DNA from: an uncultured Bacteriovoracaceae bacterium | Lineage (GTDB): Bacteria > Bdellovibrionota > UBA1018 | DNA: 41,450 bases | Direction of reading: 5' to 3' | Assembly: GCA_964404365.1 (NCBI GenBank) | Contig: CAYOJT010000001.1 | Coordinates: 1 to 41,450 of the forward strand | In this document: piece by piece, positions 14,935 through 23,942 of the stretch | Numbering within the stretch: the first letter of the stretch is position 1 | How the letters are laid out: every line of letters starts with the position of its first letter | Notes under the pieces: model-generated | What the model was told of the DNA's origin: nothing | What the model saw: only the letters and a program-made list of their open reading frames with translations | Database searches by the model: none | Position numbers and translations under genes: made by a program

Positions 14935-16449
14935 ATGATTAAAGTCGCACGTATTGAAGGTAAATCAGCAGCTGCTAAAAGCGATGCTGAAGTCGTTTTC
15001 GTGTTCCAAGATGGCGGTAAGAAGGCCATTGCCCCGAAAGGTCCTTACAAAGGGATCGTCGAAAAATATCGAAAAAGTGGAGACACCTTCACGGCGAAAG
15101 TCGGACAAGTTCAATACCTTCCTTTTCAAGGAAAAGGCGCTAAGCACGCGATCTTAGTCGGTGCAGGACAAGCGAAAGATTTAACGGCTGAAAAAATGCG
15201 GATCGCTGGATCCGCGGTTTTAGGAAAGTTAGCCGCTGAAAAGGCAAAAAGCGTATCCGTTCTTTTTGACGGCCTCATTGAGGACCCGAAATCTGTTCAG
15301 AGCGACATTGAAAACGCGATGCGCGGATTTGCAGAAGGCTTCGCTCTCTCCGCTTACCGTTTCGACAAATATAAGAAAAAAGAAGAAGGTCAGTCCGCAT
15401 TCGTCGGTCCAGAAAAAGTGACCTTGGTTTCTAAAAATAAAGCGCTCGCGAAATCTCTACCGGCGCTCGCTAAAGACGTGATGATCGTTGCGGAATGCGT
15501 GAACGTGACCCGCGACTGGTCGAACGAGCCCACCAACTACGGAACGCCAGAGTACTTCGCTGAAGAAGCGAAACGGTACGCGAAAGAACTCGGCATCACA
15601 TGCAAAGTTCTATCTGAAGCCGATGCGAAAAAAGAAAATATGAATCTCTTCTTAGCGGTTGGACAAGGATCCGAGCGCCAAGGAAAAATCGTGGTCTTGG
15701 ATTATCATCCGAAAGGCGCAGAAAAAACGATCGCGCTCGTCGGTAAAGGAATCACCATGGATACGGGGGGGATTTCGATTAAACCTTCCATGCGCATGGA
15801 AGATATGAAGCACGATATGACCGGCGCTGCGACCCTCTTCGGTGCGACGATCTTGGCTGCTCGCCGAAAACTGAATAAGCGCGTGATCTGTATTCTCGCA
15901 TTCACCGAAAACATGCCGGATGGTGATGCGATTACTCCGGGCTGCGTGATCACCGGACGAAGCGGAAAAACCGTTGAAATTATCAACACGGACGCTGAAG
16001 GACGCTTGATCCTGGCGGATGCTCTCGACTACGCCCAAGATTTTAAACCCGACTGTGTTGTGAACGCAGCGACGTTAACGGGTGCAGTGGTCGTGGCTCT
16101 CGGTAAACAGTGCTGCGGACTCATGACCAATGACGAAGCGCTCGGAGCTCAGCTCATCGCCGCTGGAAAAGAGACCCATGAGCGCATGTGGCAACTTCCA
16201 CTCTATGACGAGTACTTTGAAGACCTGAAGACAGACTGCGCCGACATGAAAAACTCCGCTAACGACGGTACCGGGGGCACCATTCGTGGCGGGATTTTCT
16301 TAAAACAATTCATTCGTAAGGGTCAGTCTTGGGCGCACCTCGACATTGCGGCCACCGCTTATGGAATGGGACACGTTCCGTACTATCCGAAAAAGGGTGG
16401 AAGCGGCATGCACGTTCGCGCGGTTGCGAAATTCATCGAGAATTATTGA
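14935..16449 (+). CDS. pepA: leucyl aminopeptidase (peptidase M17)
   Basis: M17 signatures VGKGITMDTGGISIKP and NTDAEGRLILADAL. I set the start at ATG 14935 (GGAG 5 nt upstream) rather than the ORF-track ATG 14896. Confidence 0.93.
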   Translation: MIKVARIEGKSAAAKSDAEVVFVFQDGGKKAIAPKGPYKGIVEKYRKSGDTFTAKVGQVQYLPFQGKGAKHAILVGAGQAKDLTAEKMRIAGSAVLGKLAAEKAKSVSVLFDGLIEDPKSVQSDIENAMRGFAEGFALSAYRFDKYKKKEEGQSAFVGPEKVTLVSKNKALAKSLPALAKDVMIVAECVNVTRDWSNEPTNYGTPEYFAEEAKRYAKELGITCKVLSEADAKKENMNLFLAVGQGSERQGKIVVLDYHPKGAEKTIALVGKGITMDTGGISIKPSMRMEDMKHDMTGAATLFGATILAARRKLNKRVICILAFTENMPDGDAITPGCVITGRSGKTVEIINTDAEGRLILADALDYAQDFKPDCVVNAATLTGAVVVALGKQCCGLMTNDEALGAQLIAAGKETHERMWQLPLYDEYFEDLKTDCADMKNSANDGTGGTIRGGIFLKQFIRKGQSWAHLDIAATAYGMGHVPYYPKKGGSGMHVRAVAKFIENY

Positions 16450-16494
16450 TTTCAAGCGGGCACGCGCTGCCTGATGAATCCGAAGGAGTAGACT

Positions 16495-17829
16495 ATGATC
16501 GGTGGACACGATCGTTTTTTCATCGAAAACGCCTCAAAATTTGAAGGCCAAACCGTCACGATGAAGGGTTGGGTGAACAACAAACGAAGCTCCGGGAAAA
16601 TCAAGTTCCTCTCGATGCGAGATGGAACGGGTTTGCTCCAAGGTGTTTTCTTTAAAGGCGAGTGCACCGACCAGGCGTTTGATGATTTCGAGAAAGTCAC
16701 TCAGGAGTCTTCAGTCGAAGTGACGGGAAAAATTCGTCGGCAGCAGCGTGATCCGAACATGTTCGAAATGGGCGTTGAGTCGCTCAAAATCGTTCAGATC
16801 GCCGAGCCTTATCCGATTTCCCCAAAAGAGCATGGTGTTGAATTTCTGATGCAACATCGCCACCTCTGGATTCGCTCCCAAAAACAATGGGCGGCTCTTC
16901 GAGTTCGCGCTGAGATTATTCGTGCGATCGGTGAATATTTCGATAAACAGGGATTCATCCGTTTCGACGCGCCGATTTTAACTCCGAACTCTTGTGAAGG
17001 AACTTCGACGCTTTTTCACACTCCTTATTTTGAGGAAGAAGAAGCGTTTCTCACTCAGTCGGGTCAGCTCTACGGCGAAACAGGCGCGATGGCGTTTGGA
17101 AAAATCTACACTTTCGGCCCTACGTTTCGCGCTGAGAAGTCTGCCACACGGAAACATCTGACCGAGTTCTGGATGATGGAACCGGAAGTGGCGTACGCAG
17201 ACTTAGAAGACAATATGAAGCTCGGTGAAGGGTTGATCGCGCACATCGCGGGTTCAGTCTTAGATAACCGCAAAAAGGAGCTTACGATCCTCGAGCGCGA
17301 TCTCTCAAAGCTTGAAGTGCTCCGTGGCCTACCGTATCCACGCATTTCTTACGATGAGGCTCTCAAGATTCTCGAGAAAAAGGGTGTTGGGATTCCTTGG
17401 GGCGAAGACTTCGGCGCCCCTCACGAAACAGCCCTCGGCGAAGAATTCGGTAAACCCGTTTTTGTTCACCATATGCCTTCTCAGATTAAAGCGTTCTATT
17501 TTAAACAGTCCGACTCGATCTTTGGTCCCGCTTCGACGACAACCGGAAAATACGCGTTTGGCTGTGATCTGATCGCGCCAGACGGATACGGCGAAATTAT
17601 CGGTGGCGGACAGCGCGAAGAAAACGTCGAAGTGCTCCAACGTCGGATTAAAGAACATGAACTGAATGAAGCCGACTATCAGTGGTACCTCGATCTGCGA
17701 CGTTACGGATCGGTGCCGCACTCTGGATTTGGTTTGGGACTTGAGCGAACGGTCGCTTGGATGACCGGTGTTCCTCATGTTCGCGAGACCATTCCTTATC
17801 CGCGCATGATGAATACGCTTCGTCCTTAA
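16495..17829 (+). CDS. asnS: asparagine--tRNA ligase
   Basis: 444-aa class IIb aaRS. N-terminal OB anticodon-binding domain (VTMKGWVNNKRSSGKIKFLSMRDGTG). Motif 2 FRAEKSATRKHLTEFWMMEPE. Motif 3 region GSVPHSGFGLGLERTVAWMTG, where the H-S-G-F-G form is AsnRS-like rather than AspRS-like. AAGGAG lies upstream of the ATG. Confidence 0.88.
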   Translation: MIGGHDRFFIENASKFEGQTVTMKGWVNNKRSSGKIKFLSMRDGTGLLQGVFFKGECTDQAFDDFEKVTQESSVEVTGKIRRQQRDPNMFEMGVESLKIVQIAEPYPISPKEHGVEFLMQHRHLWIRSQKQWAALRVRAEIIRAIGEYFDKQGFIRFDAPILTPNSCEGTSTLFHTPYFEEEEAFLTQSGQLYGETGAMAFGKIYTFGPTFRAEKSATRKHLTEFWMMEPEVAYADLEDNMKLGEGLIAHIAGSVLDNRKKELTILERDLSKLEVLRGLPYPRISYDEALKILEKKGVGIPWGEDFGAPHETALGEEFGKPVFVHHMPSQIKAFYFKQSDSIFGPASTTTGKYAFGCDLIAPDGYGEIIGGGQREENVEVLQRRIKEHELNEADYQWYLDLRRYGSVPHSGFGLGLERTVAWMTGVPHVRETIPYPRMMNTLRP

Positions 17830-17833
17830 TTTC

Positions 17834-18304
17834 ATGTCAACTGGACTTCACGTCGTATTATTCGAACCCGAGATTCCCCAGAATACGGGTACGATCGGCC
17901 GTCTTTGTTTAGGAATCGGAGCGACCCTTCATCTCGTCTATCCGCTTGGATTTACGATTACGGAGTCCGCGCTGAGGCGCGCTGGGCTTGATTATTGGGA
18001 GCATCTCAAGGTCATTGAGCATAAGAGTATTGAAGAGTTCCTAGAAAAACTTCCGGAGACTGCACCCCGAGTTTTTATTGAAACTCGCGCCGGAAAAACG
18101 ATCTATGAACATGACTTCGAGCCCGGTACGTATTTGATTTTTGGAAAAGAGACGACGGGTATTCCGGACTGGGTACAAAATAAACACGCAAAGGATTTTT
18201 TAAGAATTCCGATGTTTGACGCTCGAATTAGGTCATTAAACTTGTCGAATGCCGTTTCGATCTGTGTTTACGAAGCGATCAGGCAGTTAGAATTTAAGTC
18301 CTAA
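17834..18304 (+). CDS. trmL: tRNA (cytidine/uridine(34)-2'-O)-methyltransferase TrmL (SpoU/TrmH family)
   Basis: 156-aa ORF of the right size, with LHVVLFEPEIPQNTGTIGRLC, LIFGKETTGIP and SLNLSNAVSICVYEAIRQ (SPOUT knot motifs). Confidence 0.88.
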   Translation: MSTGLHVVLFEPEIPQNTGTIGRLCLGIGATLHLVYPLGFTITESALRRAGLDYWEHLKVIEHKSIEEFLEKLPETAPRVFIETRAGKTIYEHDFEPGTYLIFGKETTGIPDWVQNKHAKDFLRIPMFDARIRSLNLSNAVSICVYEAIRQLEFKS

Positions 18305-18309
18305 GTGAA

Positions 18310-18789
18310 TCAAGATTTTTTCTCGGCTTCCACATTAGTCATCGCTAAAACTTCGAGAGTCTTTGCCAAATCATCCTGGGGATCCAAACTTTGAATTTCG
18401 CTCGCGGTATCGCCTAATCTTATCTTTAGTTCATGGATCACGTCATTCGCATCGCGCAGACGGAGCGCGAGCGCCGTCATAATCTTCTTCATATAGTCCG
18501 GAGCGGGTTTAAACATCGGTTCAATCGCAGAAAATGGAATTTCGACTAGCTCAACTGAGGTGAGGGCGACAGCATCAGCCGAACGGGGTTTGCGATCGAA
18601 AAAAGCAAGCTCCCCGACGATCTGATTCGTACCGATTTGATTGATCTCGATCTGACCGCCCGTGACGATCGAGCGTCGAATTGATACCTTGCCCATTTTG
18701 ACGAGGTACATTGATTTGGCGTGGTCGCCCTCGCGAAAAATCGGCTCGCCAGCTTTGAATTTCAAGGGTTCGTTTGCCATTGATTTCAT
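18310..18789 (-). CDS. stand-alone cyclic-nucleotide-binding (cNMP/Crp-like) domain protein
   Basis: The cNMP-binding beta-roll pattern reads FKAGEPIFREGDHAKSMYLVKMGKVSI...VGELAFFDRKPRSADAVALT. There is no DNA-binding HTH, only a C-terminal helical tail. I set the start at ATG 18789 rather than the upstream TTG 18816. Confidence 0.75.
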   Translation of the reverse strand: MKSMANEPLKFKAGEPIFREGDHAKSMYLVKMGKVSIRRSIVTGGQIEINQIGTNQIVGELAFFDRKPRSADAVALTSVELVEIPFSAIEPMFKPAPDYMKKIMTALALRLRDANDVIHELKIRLGDTASEIQSLDPQDDLAKTLEVLAMTNVEAEKKS

Positions 18790-18825
18790 GGTGACACGGC
18801 CCCACCCATTCGGCAAGATGAGGTC

Positions 18826-19284
18826 ATGATGACACGTAAATTAGCCTCATATTTTACAGATTATGCCGAATACCATAGCACATCTGGGAATGTTGCCTGT
18901 CACTACTTGGGCATCCCCATGATCGTTGTGTCCCTGATTGGTCTCGCATCAATGGTGACCTTTGGAAACTCCTCGTTTGAAGCAGGGTTGATTCGTCCAG
19001 ATCTGGGATTCGTCCTCGTTTTGATGGGGATGGGTTTTTATCTGTATTTGGATTGGAAAATCGCCATTTCGTTCTTCATCGTCCTGATGGGCTGCTACTT
19101 CATTAGCCGCGCGCTTCCATTACCTGTTTTGATTGGTCTCCAGGTCGTCGGTTGGCCGATTCAATACCTCGGACATCTGCATTACGAAAAGAATTCGCCG
19201 GCATTCTATAAAAACCTGACCCACACGCTGATTGGACCGCTTTGGATTTTTGCAAAAGCGATCGGATATACAAAAGCCGAGTAA
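18826..19284 (+). CDS. DUF962 / Mpo1-like membrane protein
   Basis: 152-aa ORF with the family hallmarks YFTDYAEYHSTSGNVACHYLGIPMIV and YLGHLHYEKNSPAF (conserved His residues). It has 3-4 TM helices. GAGG lies upstream of the ATG. Confidence 0.7.
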   Translation: MMTRKLASYFTDYAEYHSTSGNVACHYLGIPMIVVSLIGLASMVTFGNSSFEAGLIRPDLGFVLVLMGMGFYLYLDWKIAISFFIVLMGCYFISRALPLPVLIGLQVVGWPIQYLGHLHYEKNSPAFYKNLTHTLIGPLWIFAKAIGYTKAE

Positions 19285-19287
19285 ATT

Positions 19288-20106
19288 ATGAATCGACCAA
19301 AATTTTTTCTCATCTCGTTGTTTTGCATTTTTTCCGCGAGCGCCGCAGCGGACCTTACTGCTCGTCAGATCATGGAGAAACACGAAGAAGCGCGAAAGTT
19401 TACGGATCAGTCCGCGGCCGCAAAGCTCGTCACTATCTCGATGGACGGTGGAAGTAAGTCAGAAAAAACTAAAGAGTTTCAGTGGTGGAGGAAACTTCAA
19501 GGTAATCAGGTTTATTTTTCGACCCTGACCCGTTTCAAAAAACCTGCTGAAGTGAAAAATGAGGCGATTCTATTCCTGGAAAATGCCGGTGGGAAAAACG
19601 ACGTATTTTTGTATCTCCCCAACTTTAAAAAAGTGCGCCGAGTCGAGTCTCAACAACAAAGTGGCTCCTTCATGAATTCCGATTTGAGTTACTCCGACAT
19701 GGCGACTCCGCACGTCGATGATTACCAGTACACTTTGTCGAAAACAGAAAAGTGTAGAAGTAGTGATGCGAAAAATCAGGATTGTTACGTTGTAGATGCC
19801 ATTCCATCCAACGAAGATGTAAAAACCCGAACCGGCTATTCGAAAAGTAAGATGTGGGTTCGAAAAGACAACTTCATGGTCACCTACGCGGAGTACGCCG
19901 ATCTCGAGGGAAAACCTCTCAAACAGCTTACGGCCGAGAAGATCGAAAAAGTCGATGCTAAAAACAATAAGTGGATGGCGCTCTCGATTTATATGAAGAA
20001 TGTGAAAACGGATTCCTCGACTTCCATTCTCTTTTCGCAAGTAAAGGTGAATGCCGGAATTCCCGATGCAACCTTTACCCAACAAAACATGATGAAAGAA
20101 AAGTGA
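19288..20106 (+). CDS. LolA-like outer-membrane lipoprotein-sorting family protein (periplasmic)
   Basis: Signal peptide FFLISLFCIFSASAAA|DL. Family pattern ARQIMEKHEE...FKKPAEVKNEAILFLEN...VFLYLPNFKKVRRVESQQQSGSFMNSDLSYSDM. It starts 3 nt after the DUF962 stop. Confidence 0.72.
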   Translation: MNRPKFFLISLFCIFSASAAADLTARQIMEKHEEARKFTDQSAAAKLVTISMDGGSKSEKTKEFQWWRKLQGNQVYFSTLTRFKKPAEVKNEAILFLENAGGKNDVFLYLPNFKKVRRVESQQQSGSFMNSDLSYSDMATPHVDDYQYTLSKTEKCRSSDAKNQDCYVVDAIPSNEDVKTRTGYSKSKMWVRKDNFMVTYAEYADLEGKPLKQLTAEKIEKVDAKNNKWMALSIYMKNVKTDSSTSILFSQVKVNAGIPDATFTQQNMMKEK

Positions 20107-20107
20107 G

Positions 20108-21430
20108 ATGAAAAAGGGCGGATTATTGCGGTTTTTCGTCCTATTTTTCGCTGTATACTCTTCAGCCGCAAGCGCGGCACAAGTTCAAAAACCAGATTGG
20201 ATCTCTGGGCGTGTCTACACCGACCAATACTTTGGCGTAAATGGCACTCGCTCTGGCGATTTCAATCAGAGTTCGGTCTCCGCGTGGCTGGGAGCGGACT
20301 ATACCTTTCAAAACACATTCAGTTTGAAAGGGATGACCCAAACGGATGTCCTCTTCAAATCTATTCAGGAGCCGAACACGACTGACGTTAGATTCCGTGT
20401 GAGGGAGGGTTATCTGAGCTGGGAGCCCACCGCGGGTGCTCAGATTCGAGTGGGCCAGGAGATGATTCCATGGGGAAAATCGGACGGGGTTAATCCGACA
20501 GACTACTTAACCGGGAAAGACTATACGCTCCTCAATCCAGAAGACGAAGCGCGGAGAGTTGGGGCATTCGGGGCTCATCTCTCGTTCACCCCGAACCAAG
20601 GAAACTCCCCGTATCTTTTTGAAGCCGTTTTGCAGGGAAATTATTCAAAGAACCAGATGCTCATTCCTTCAAGCTCCATTCCGAGTGGAGTGACTCTCTT
20701 GATGGATCGCGATTCTCCAAAAATCGGACACGGAAATACCCAGGGCGCGATCAAGTTTTCCTACCTTGGAACACGGTTTGATTTTTCACTGAGTTACTTT
20801 GATGGGCACGAAAAATTTCCACAGTTCTTCTATGAGGGCGGCACAACAGTACGCGCGAAAAATATTTTGATCAGGGCGATCGGTGGGGATTTTTCGACAA
20901 CGCTCGACGCCTATGTGTTTCGATTCGAGGGCGCCTACACCATGTCGGAGTACGGACCGCTCGGATATAAGAATCAAGGCGTGACGCAGCCGAATCATCT
21001 GGACTTAGTTGTCGGAGCAGAGCGACCATTCTACGATGATTTTCGAGTTAACTTGCAGTTTTTGGTGCGGCATCACCCGAAGTTTGCGAGCGCCGAAGCG
21101 TACAGTGGATCAAGCGTACAAGAAACTCTGATTACACGCCAAGTTGCGGCTGCGAATGCGCTCATCCTCAATTTTCAAAAACAAACTCGGCCCGGGATGA
21201 CTTTCCGAGTAGGTTACACTGAGCCAAAAAATATTTGGTCAGGAGATCTGAACTGGGTCGGTAATCTCGATGGATCCGATTATTTATTCCGCCCGCAGTT
21301 TTCCTGGACGAAAGTTGAGAACTTAAAGCTGACCTTGGGAGCTGATTTATACGGAGGAAATCCGAATCGTCCGTTCGGATCGTTAGCGCCCTACAACGCT
21401 GTTTTTTTCGACGCGAAGTATTTTTTCTGA
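20108..21430 (+). CDS. outer-membrane beta-barrel protein (DUF1302/AlgE-like pattern)
   Basis: Signal peptide FVLFFAVYSSAASAA|QV. The motif VREGYLSWEP...IRVGQEMIPWGKSDGVNPTDYL is typical of these barrels. The sequence has alternating amphipathic strands and a C-terminal aromatic residue (DAKYFF). The start overlaps the upstream stop (GTGAGATG). Confidence 0.6.
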   Translation: MKKGGLLRFFVLFFAVYSSAASAAQVQKPDWISGRVYTDQYFGVNGTRSGDFNQSSVSAWLGADYTFQNTFSLKGMTQTDVLFKSIQEPNTTDVRFRVREGYLSWEPTAGAQIRVGQEMIPWGKSDGVNPTDYLTGKDYTLLNPEDEARRVGAFGAHLSFTPNQGNSPYLFEAVLQGNYSKNQMLIPSSSIPSGVTLLMDRDSPKIGHGNTQGAIKFSYLGTRFDFSLSYFDGHEKFPQFFYEGGTTVRAKNILIRAIGGDFSTTLDAYVFRFEGAYTMSEYGPLGYKNQGVTQPNHLDLVVGAERPFYDDFRVNLQFLVRHHPKFASAEAYSGSSVQETLITRQVAAANALILNFQKQTRPGMTFRVGYTEPKNIWSGDLNWVGNLDGSDYLFRPQFSWTKVENLKLTLGADLYGGNPNRPFGSLAPYNAVFFDAKYFF

Positions 21431-21927
21431 AGCCCGTAGCGTCTTCGTCTCCATTCACGAACTAATAGAAATGCGCCGACGATCTCGGCGATAAAGACAA
21501 TGGGAGTGCTCCCACTTTCGAGGTGCTCACCGAAATTGTGAAACGGCATCTCAGCGAAATGTCCTGTGAACGGATAGAGGGCTGCCAAAAATGACGACGA
21601 CTCCCGTGTCGGGATGCCCATGAGAGCGTCTTGAACTCCATCCAAAACAAGGTGAGTCGCCATTCCAAGAGTGAGTCCTGCAACGGCTCGGGATCGACTG
21701 ATCCACGCTACGGCAGAAACAAAAATCACGATGAGCGCAGTATGGCCGAAGGTGCGAGAGCAGGAAATGAGGCCGGCTTCACCCACGTAAAACTTGTGCA
21801 GATAATAAAGGGGCTTATCGATCAAATCGGGAAGTACCGTTCCGAGAAGGATAGCGCTCCAGGGGAGTTTCCGACCCAAAGGTTTTGCGATCTGAGAGCC
21901 GATACCGAGGTGTCCAAACAACCACAT
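21391..21927 (-). CDS. membrane-bound metal-dependent hydrolase, YdjM/DUF457-like
   Basis: 178-aa polytopic ORF with MWLFGHLGIG..., FGHTALIV and THLVLDG His/Asp motifs. Its 3' end overlaps the convergent barrel gene by 40 nt. Confidence 0.5.
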   Translation of the reverse strand: MWLFGHLGIGSQIAKPLGRKLPWSAILLGTVLPDLIDKPLYYLHKFYVGEAGLISCSRTFGHTALIVIFVSAVAWISRSRAVAGLTLGMATHLVLDGVQDALMGIPTRESSSFLAALYPFTGHFAEMPFHNFGEHLESGSTPIVFIAEIVGAFLLVREWRRRRYGLQKKYFASKKTAL

Positions 21928-21934
21928 CGTTTCC

Positions 21935-22987
21935 TTAGCTCACTTTCAAGACGACTTTACCGAATACCTTACGGTCTTCGATGAGCTGGAGTGCTTTCGG
22001 AAGATCCGAGATCGAGAGAATTTGGTAGACGACAGTGCGAAGCTTTCGCGCATGGACGAGGCCTATAATTTTGATCAAATCAGCCTTTGAACCCATGGTA
22101 GCGCCGTGGAGGGCTAGGTTTTTAAAAAAGAGGAGCTTAAGATCGAGTTTTATTTCGCTCCCAGAGGTGGCGCCACAGCACGCAAGTCGACCGCCCCAGG
22201 TAAGGGACTTTACGCTATCAATAAACGTATCTGACCCCACGTGATCAATGACGACTTCGCAGCCTTTTTTCCCGAGGTTTTTAAGAATTTTTTTCAACTC
22301 TTCGCGAAAAGGCCGAATTTTGTAGGGGATAACGTGATCGGCGCCGAGTGCGATGGCTTTCAATTCCTTTTCTTCGCTCCCGGCAGTGGTGATGACCGTT
22401 GCTCCAATCATTTTTGCCATTTGAATTGCAGCGATGGAAACGCTCGATCCTGCAGCCTGGATCAAAACCGTTTCGCCTGGCTTCAGCTGAGTTTTTCGGA
22501 AAATCATCGTCCATGCGGTGAGAAAGGGAATTCCAATCGAAGCCGCCTCTTCAAAGGACATGTCATCCGGAATCGGAAGAATGTTCGCGACGGGTACGGC
22601 GATAAATTCGGCACAGCTTCCGTCCGTGGTTTCACCCAAAATACCGTATTCCGGACAGAGAGGATCGAAACCGCCCAGGCAAGCTTCACATCGACCGCAG
22701 GAAAGTCCGGGCTGCACGAGAACTCGAGAGCCAACTTTCAACTTCTTAAGCGCCTTTTCTGCGCCGGGTCCGAACTCGTGAATGGTTCCGGAGGAATCCG
22801 TGCCGAGTGTGAGGGGGAGAGGAAACTGATGTCCCGGAACGCCTTTTCGAACCCAGAGATCAAGGTGATTGAGTCCGACAGCTGCGACTTTAACGAGTAC
22901 CTGCATGGGTCCCGGCGTTGGAGTCGGGGTTTCTTCCCACTTTAATACTTCGTTACCGCCATGCTTATGAACTCGCCACGCCTTCAT
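21935..22987 (-). CDS. zinc-binding medium-chain dehydrogenase/reductase (alcohol dehydrogenase/quinone oxidoreductase-like)
   Basis: 350-aa ORF with GroES-like N-terminus (VLVKVAAVGLNHLDLWVRKG). Structural-Zn cysteines CGRCEACLGGFDPLC. Rossmann motif LIQAAGSSVS. Confidence 0.8.
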   Translation of the reverse strand: MKAWRVHKHGGNEVLKWEETPTPTPGPMQVLVKVAAVGLNHLDLWVRKGVPGHQFPLPLTLGTDSSGTIHEFGPGAEKALKKLKVGSRVLVQPGLSCGRCEACLGGFDPLCPEYGILGETTDGSCAEFIAVPVANILPIPDDMSFEEAASIGIPFLTAWTMIFRKTQLKPGETVLIQAAGSSVSIAAIQMAKMIGATVITTAGSEEKELKAIALGADHVIPYKIRPFREELKKILKNLGKKGCEVVIDHVGSDTFIDSVKSLTWGGRLACCGATSGSEIKLDLKLLFFKNLALHGATMGSKADLIKIIGLVHARKLRTVVYQILSISDLPKALQLIEDRKVFGKVVLKVS

Positions 22988-22988
22988 A

Positions 22989-23939
22989 TTAATAAAGATT
23001 AAAGCGCTTTTTTAACTGTTCAGCAATCGAGCGGCCCGAAATTCCGTGTTTTTCGTAAAGCTCTTCAGGTTCGCCGCTCTCACCAAACAGGTCTTGAACG
23101 CCAATCTTCATCAGTTTTGGATGAGTAGCTTGCTGGGAGAGCATTTCGGATACGCAGGTCCCGAGACCGCCGATTACGGAGTGGTCTTCGACGGTGATGA
23201 CAAGATCAGCGCCTTGTACCGCATTCCAAGCTCCTGCATCGTCAAAAGGCTTGAGGGAGTGAACGTTGTAGACCGCTATAGAGAGGCCCGAATTTTTCAA
23301 AAACTCATGCGCTTTCATCGCTTCTGCAGTTCCTGCTCCGGTTGCGAATGCCACGATCTTTCGTTTCGCGCTTGGGTCGAAATCAGTGAGCTTCAAAACT
23401 TTTCCGGCTTCCCATTTAGCGCCAGCAGGCATGAGGTTGGGTAGATTTTGACGGGTCAAGCGAAGGTAAGCTGGTCCTTGCCACTTCTCGACGAGATAAT
23501 CCATGACGAGCTCTGTTTCGCGAGCATCCATGGGTTGGAAAACCCCCATCGTAGGGAGTGAACGCATGAGCGAAACGTCTTCAAGCCCCATTTGGGAGTG
23601 GCCGTCATCACCGATTCCCACACCGGCGTGTGTTCCAACCAAACGAACGTTGGCCTGAGCATAAGCAACTGACAAACGAATCGTGTCGTAGCGACCCGTT
23701 AGAAAGCAGCCGAAGCTGCAGAGAAAAGGCATCTTTCCTGTGAACGCAAGTCCGGATGCTGCTCCGATCATGTTTGCTTCTTGAATGCCCATTTCGAAAA
23801 AGCGATCTGGAAATTTCTTTCCAAAAATTTCAGATTTAGTAGATTTCGCAAGGTCGGCGTCGAGGACGACGATGTCCTTTCGTTTTTCGCCCCATTGAGC
23901 CAGTGATTCACCGAACGCTTGACGTGTAGACTTTGACAT
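22989..23939 (-). CDS. transketolase, C-terminal (pyrimidine-binding) subunit
   Basis: 316-aa ORF (FGESLAQWGEK...FFEMGIQEANMIGAASGLA...THAGVGIGDDGHSQ). It has its own AAAGGAG RBS, 3 nt after the N-subunit stop. Confidence 0.9.
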   Translation of the reverse strand: MSKSTRQAFGESLAQWGEKRKDIVVLDADLAKSTKSEIFGKKFPDRFFEMGIQEANMIGAASGLAFTGKMPFLCSFGCFLTGRYDTIRLSVAYAQANVRLVGTHAGVGIGDDGHSQMGLEDVSLMRSLPTMGVFQPMDARETELVMDYLVEKWQGPAYLRLTRQNLPNLMPAGAKWEAGKVLKLTDFDPSAKRKIVAFATGAGTAEAMKAHEFLKNSGLSIAVYNVHSLKPFDDAGAWNAVQGADLVITVEDHSVIGGLGTCVSEMLSQQATHPKLMKIGVQDLFGESGEPEELYEKHGISGRSIAEQLKKRFNLY

Positions 23940-23942
23940 AAA

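Noticed and set aside
22241-22945. 234-aa ORF antisense to the Zn-dehydrogenase gene
   Set aside because: It is fully embedded opposite a gene with strong MDR-family motifs. The translation looks non-protein-like (Cys/Arg/Phe/Asn-rich, with no motif, no RBS and no hydrophobic pattern). It is most likely a chance open frame, though a 234-aa antisense frame is on the long side.
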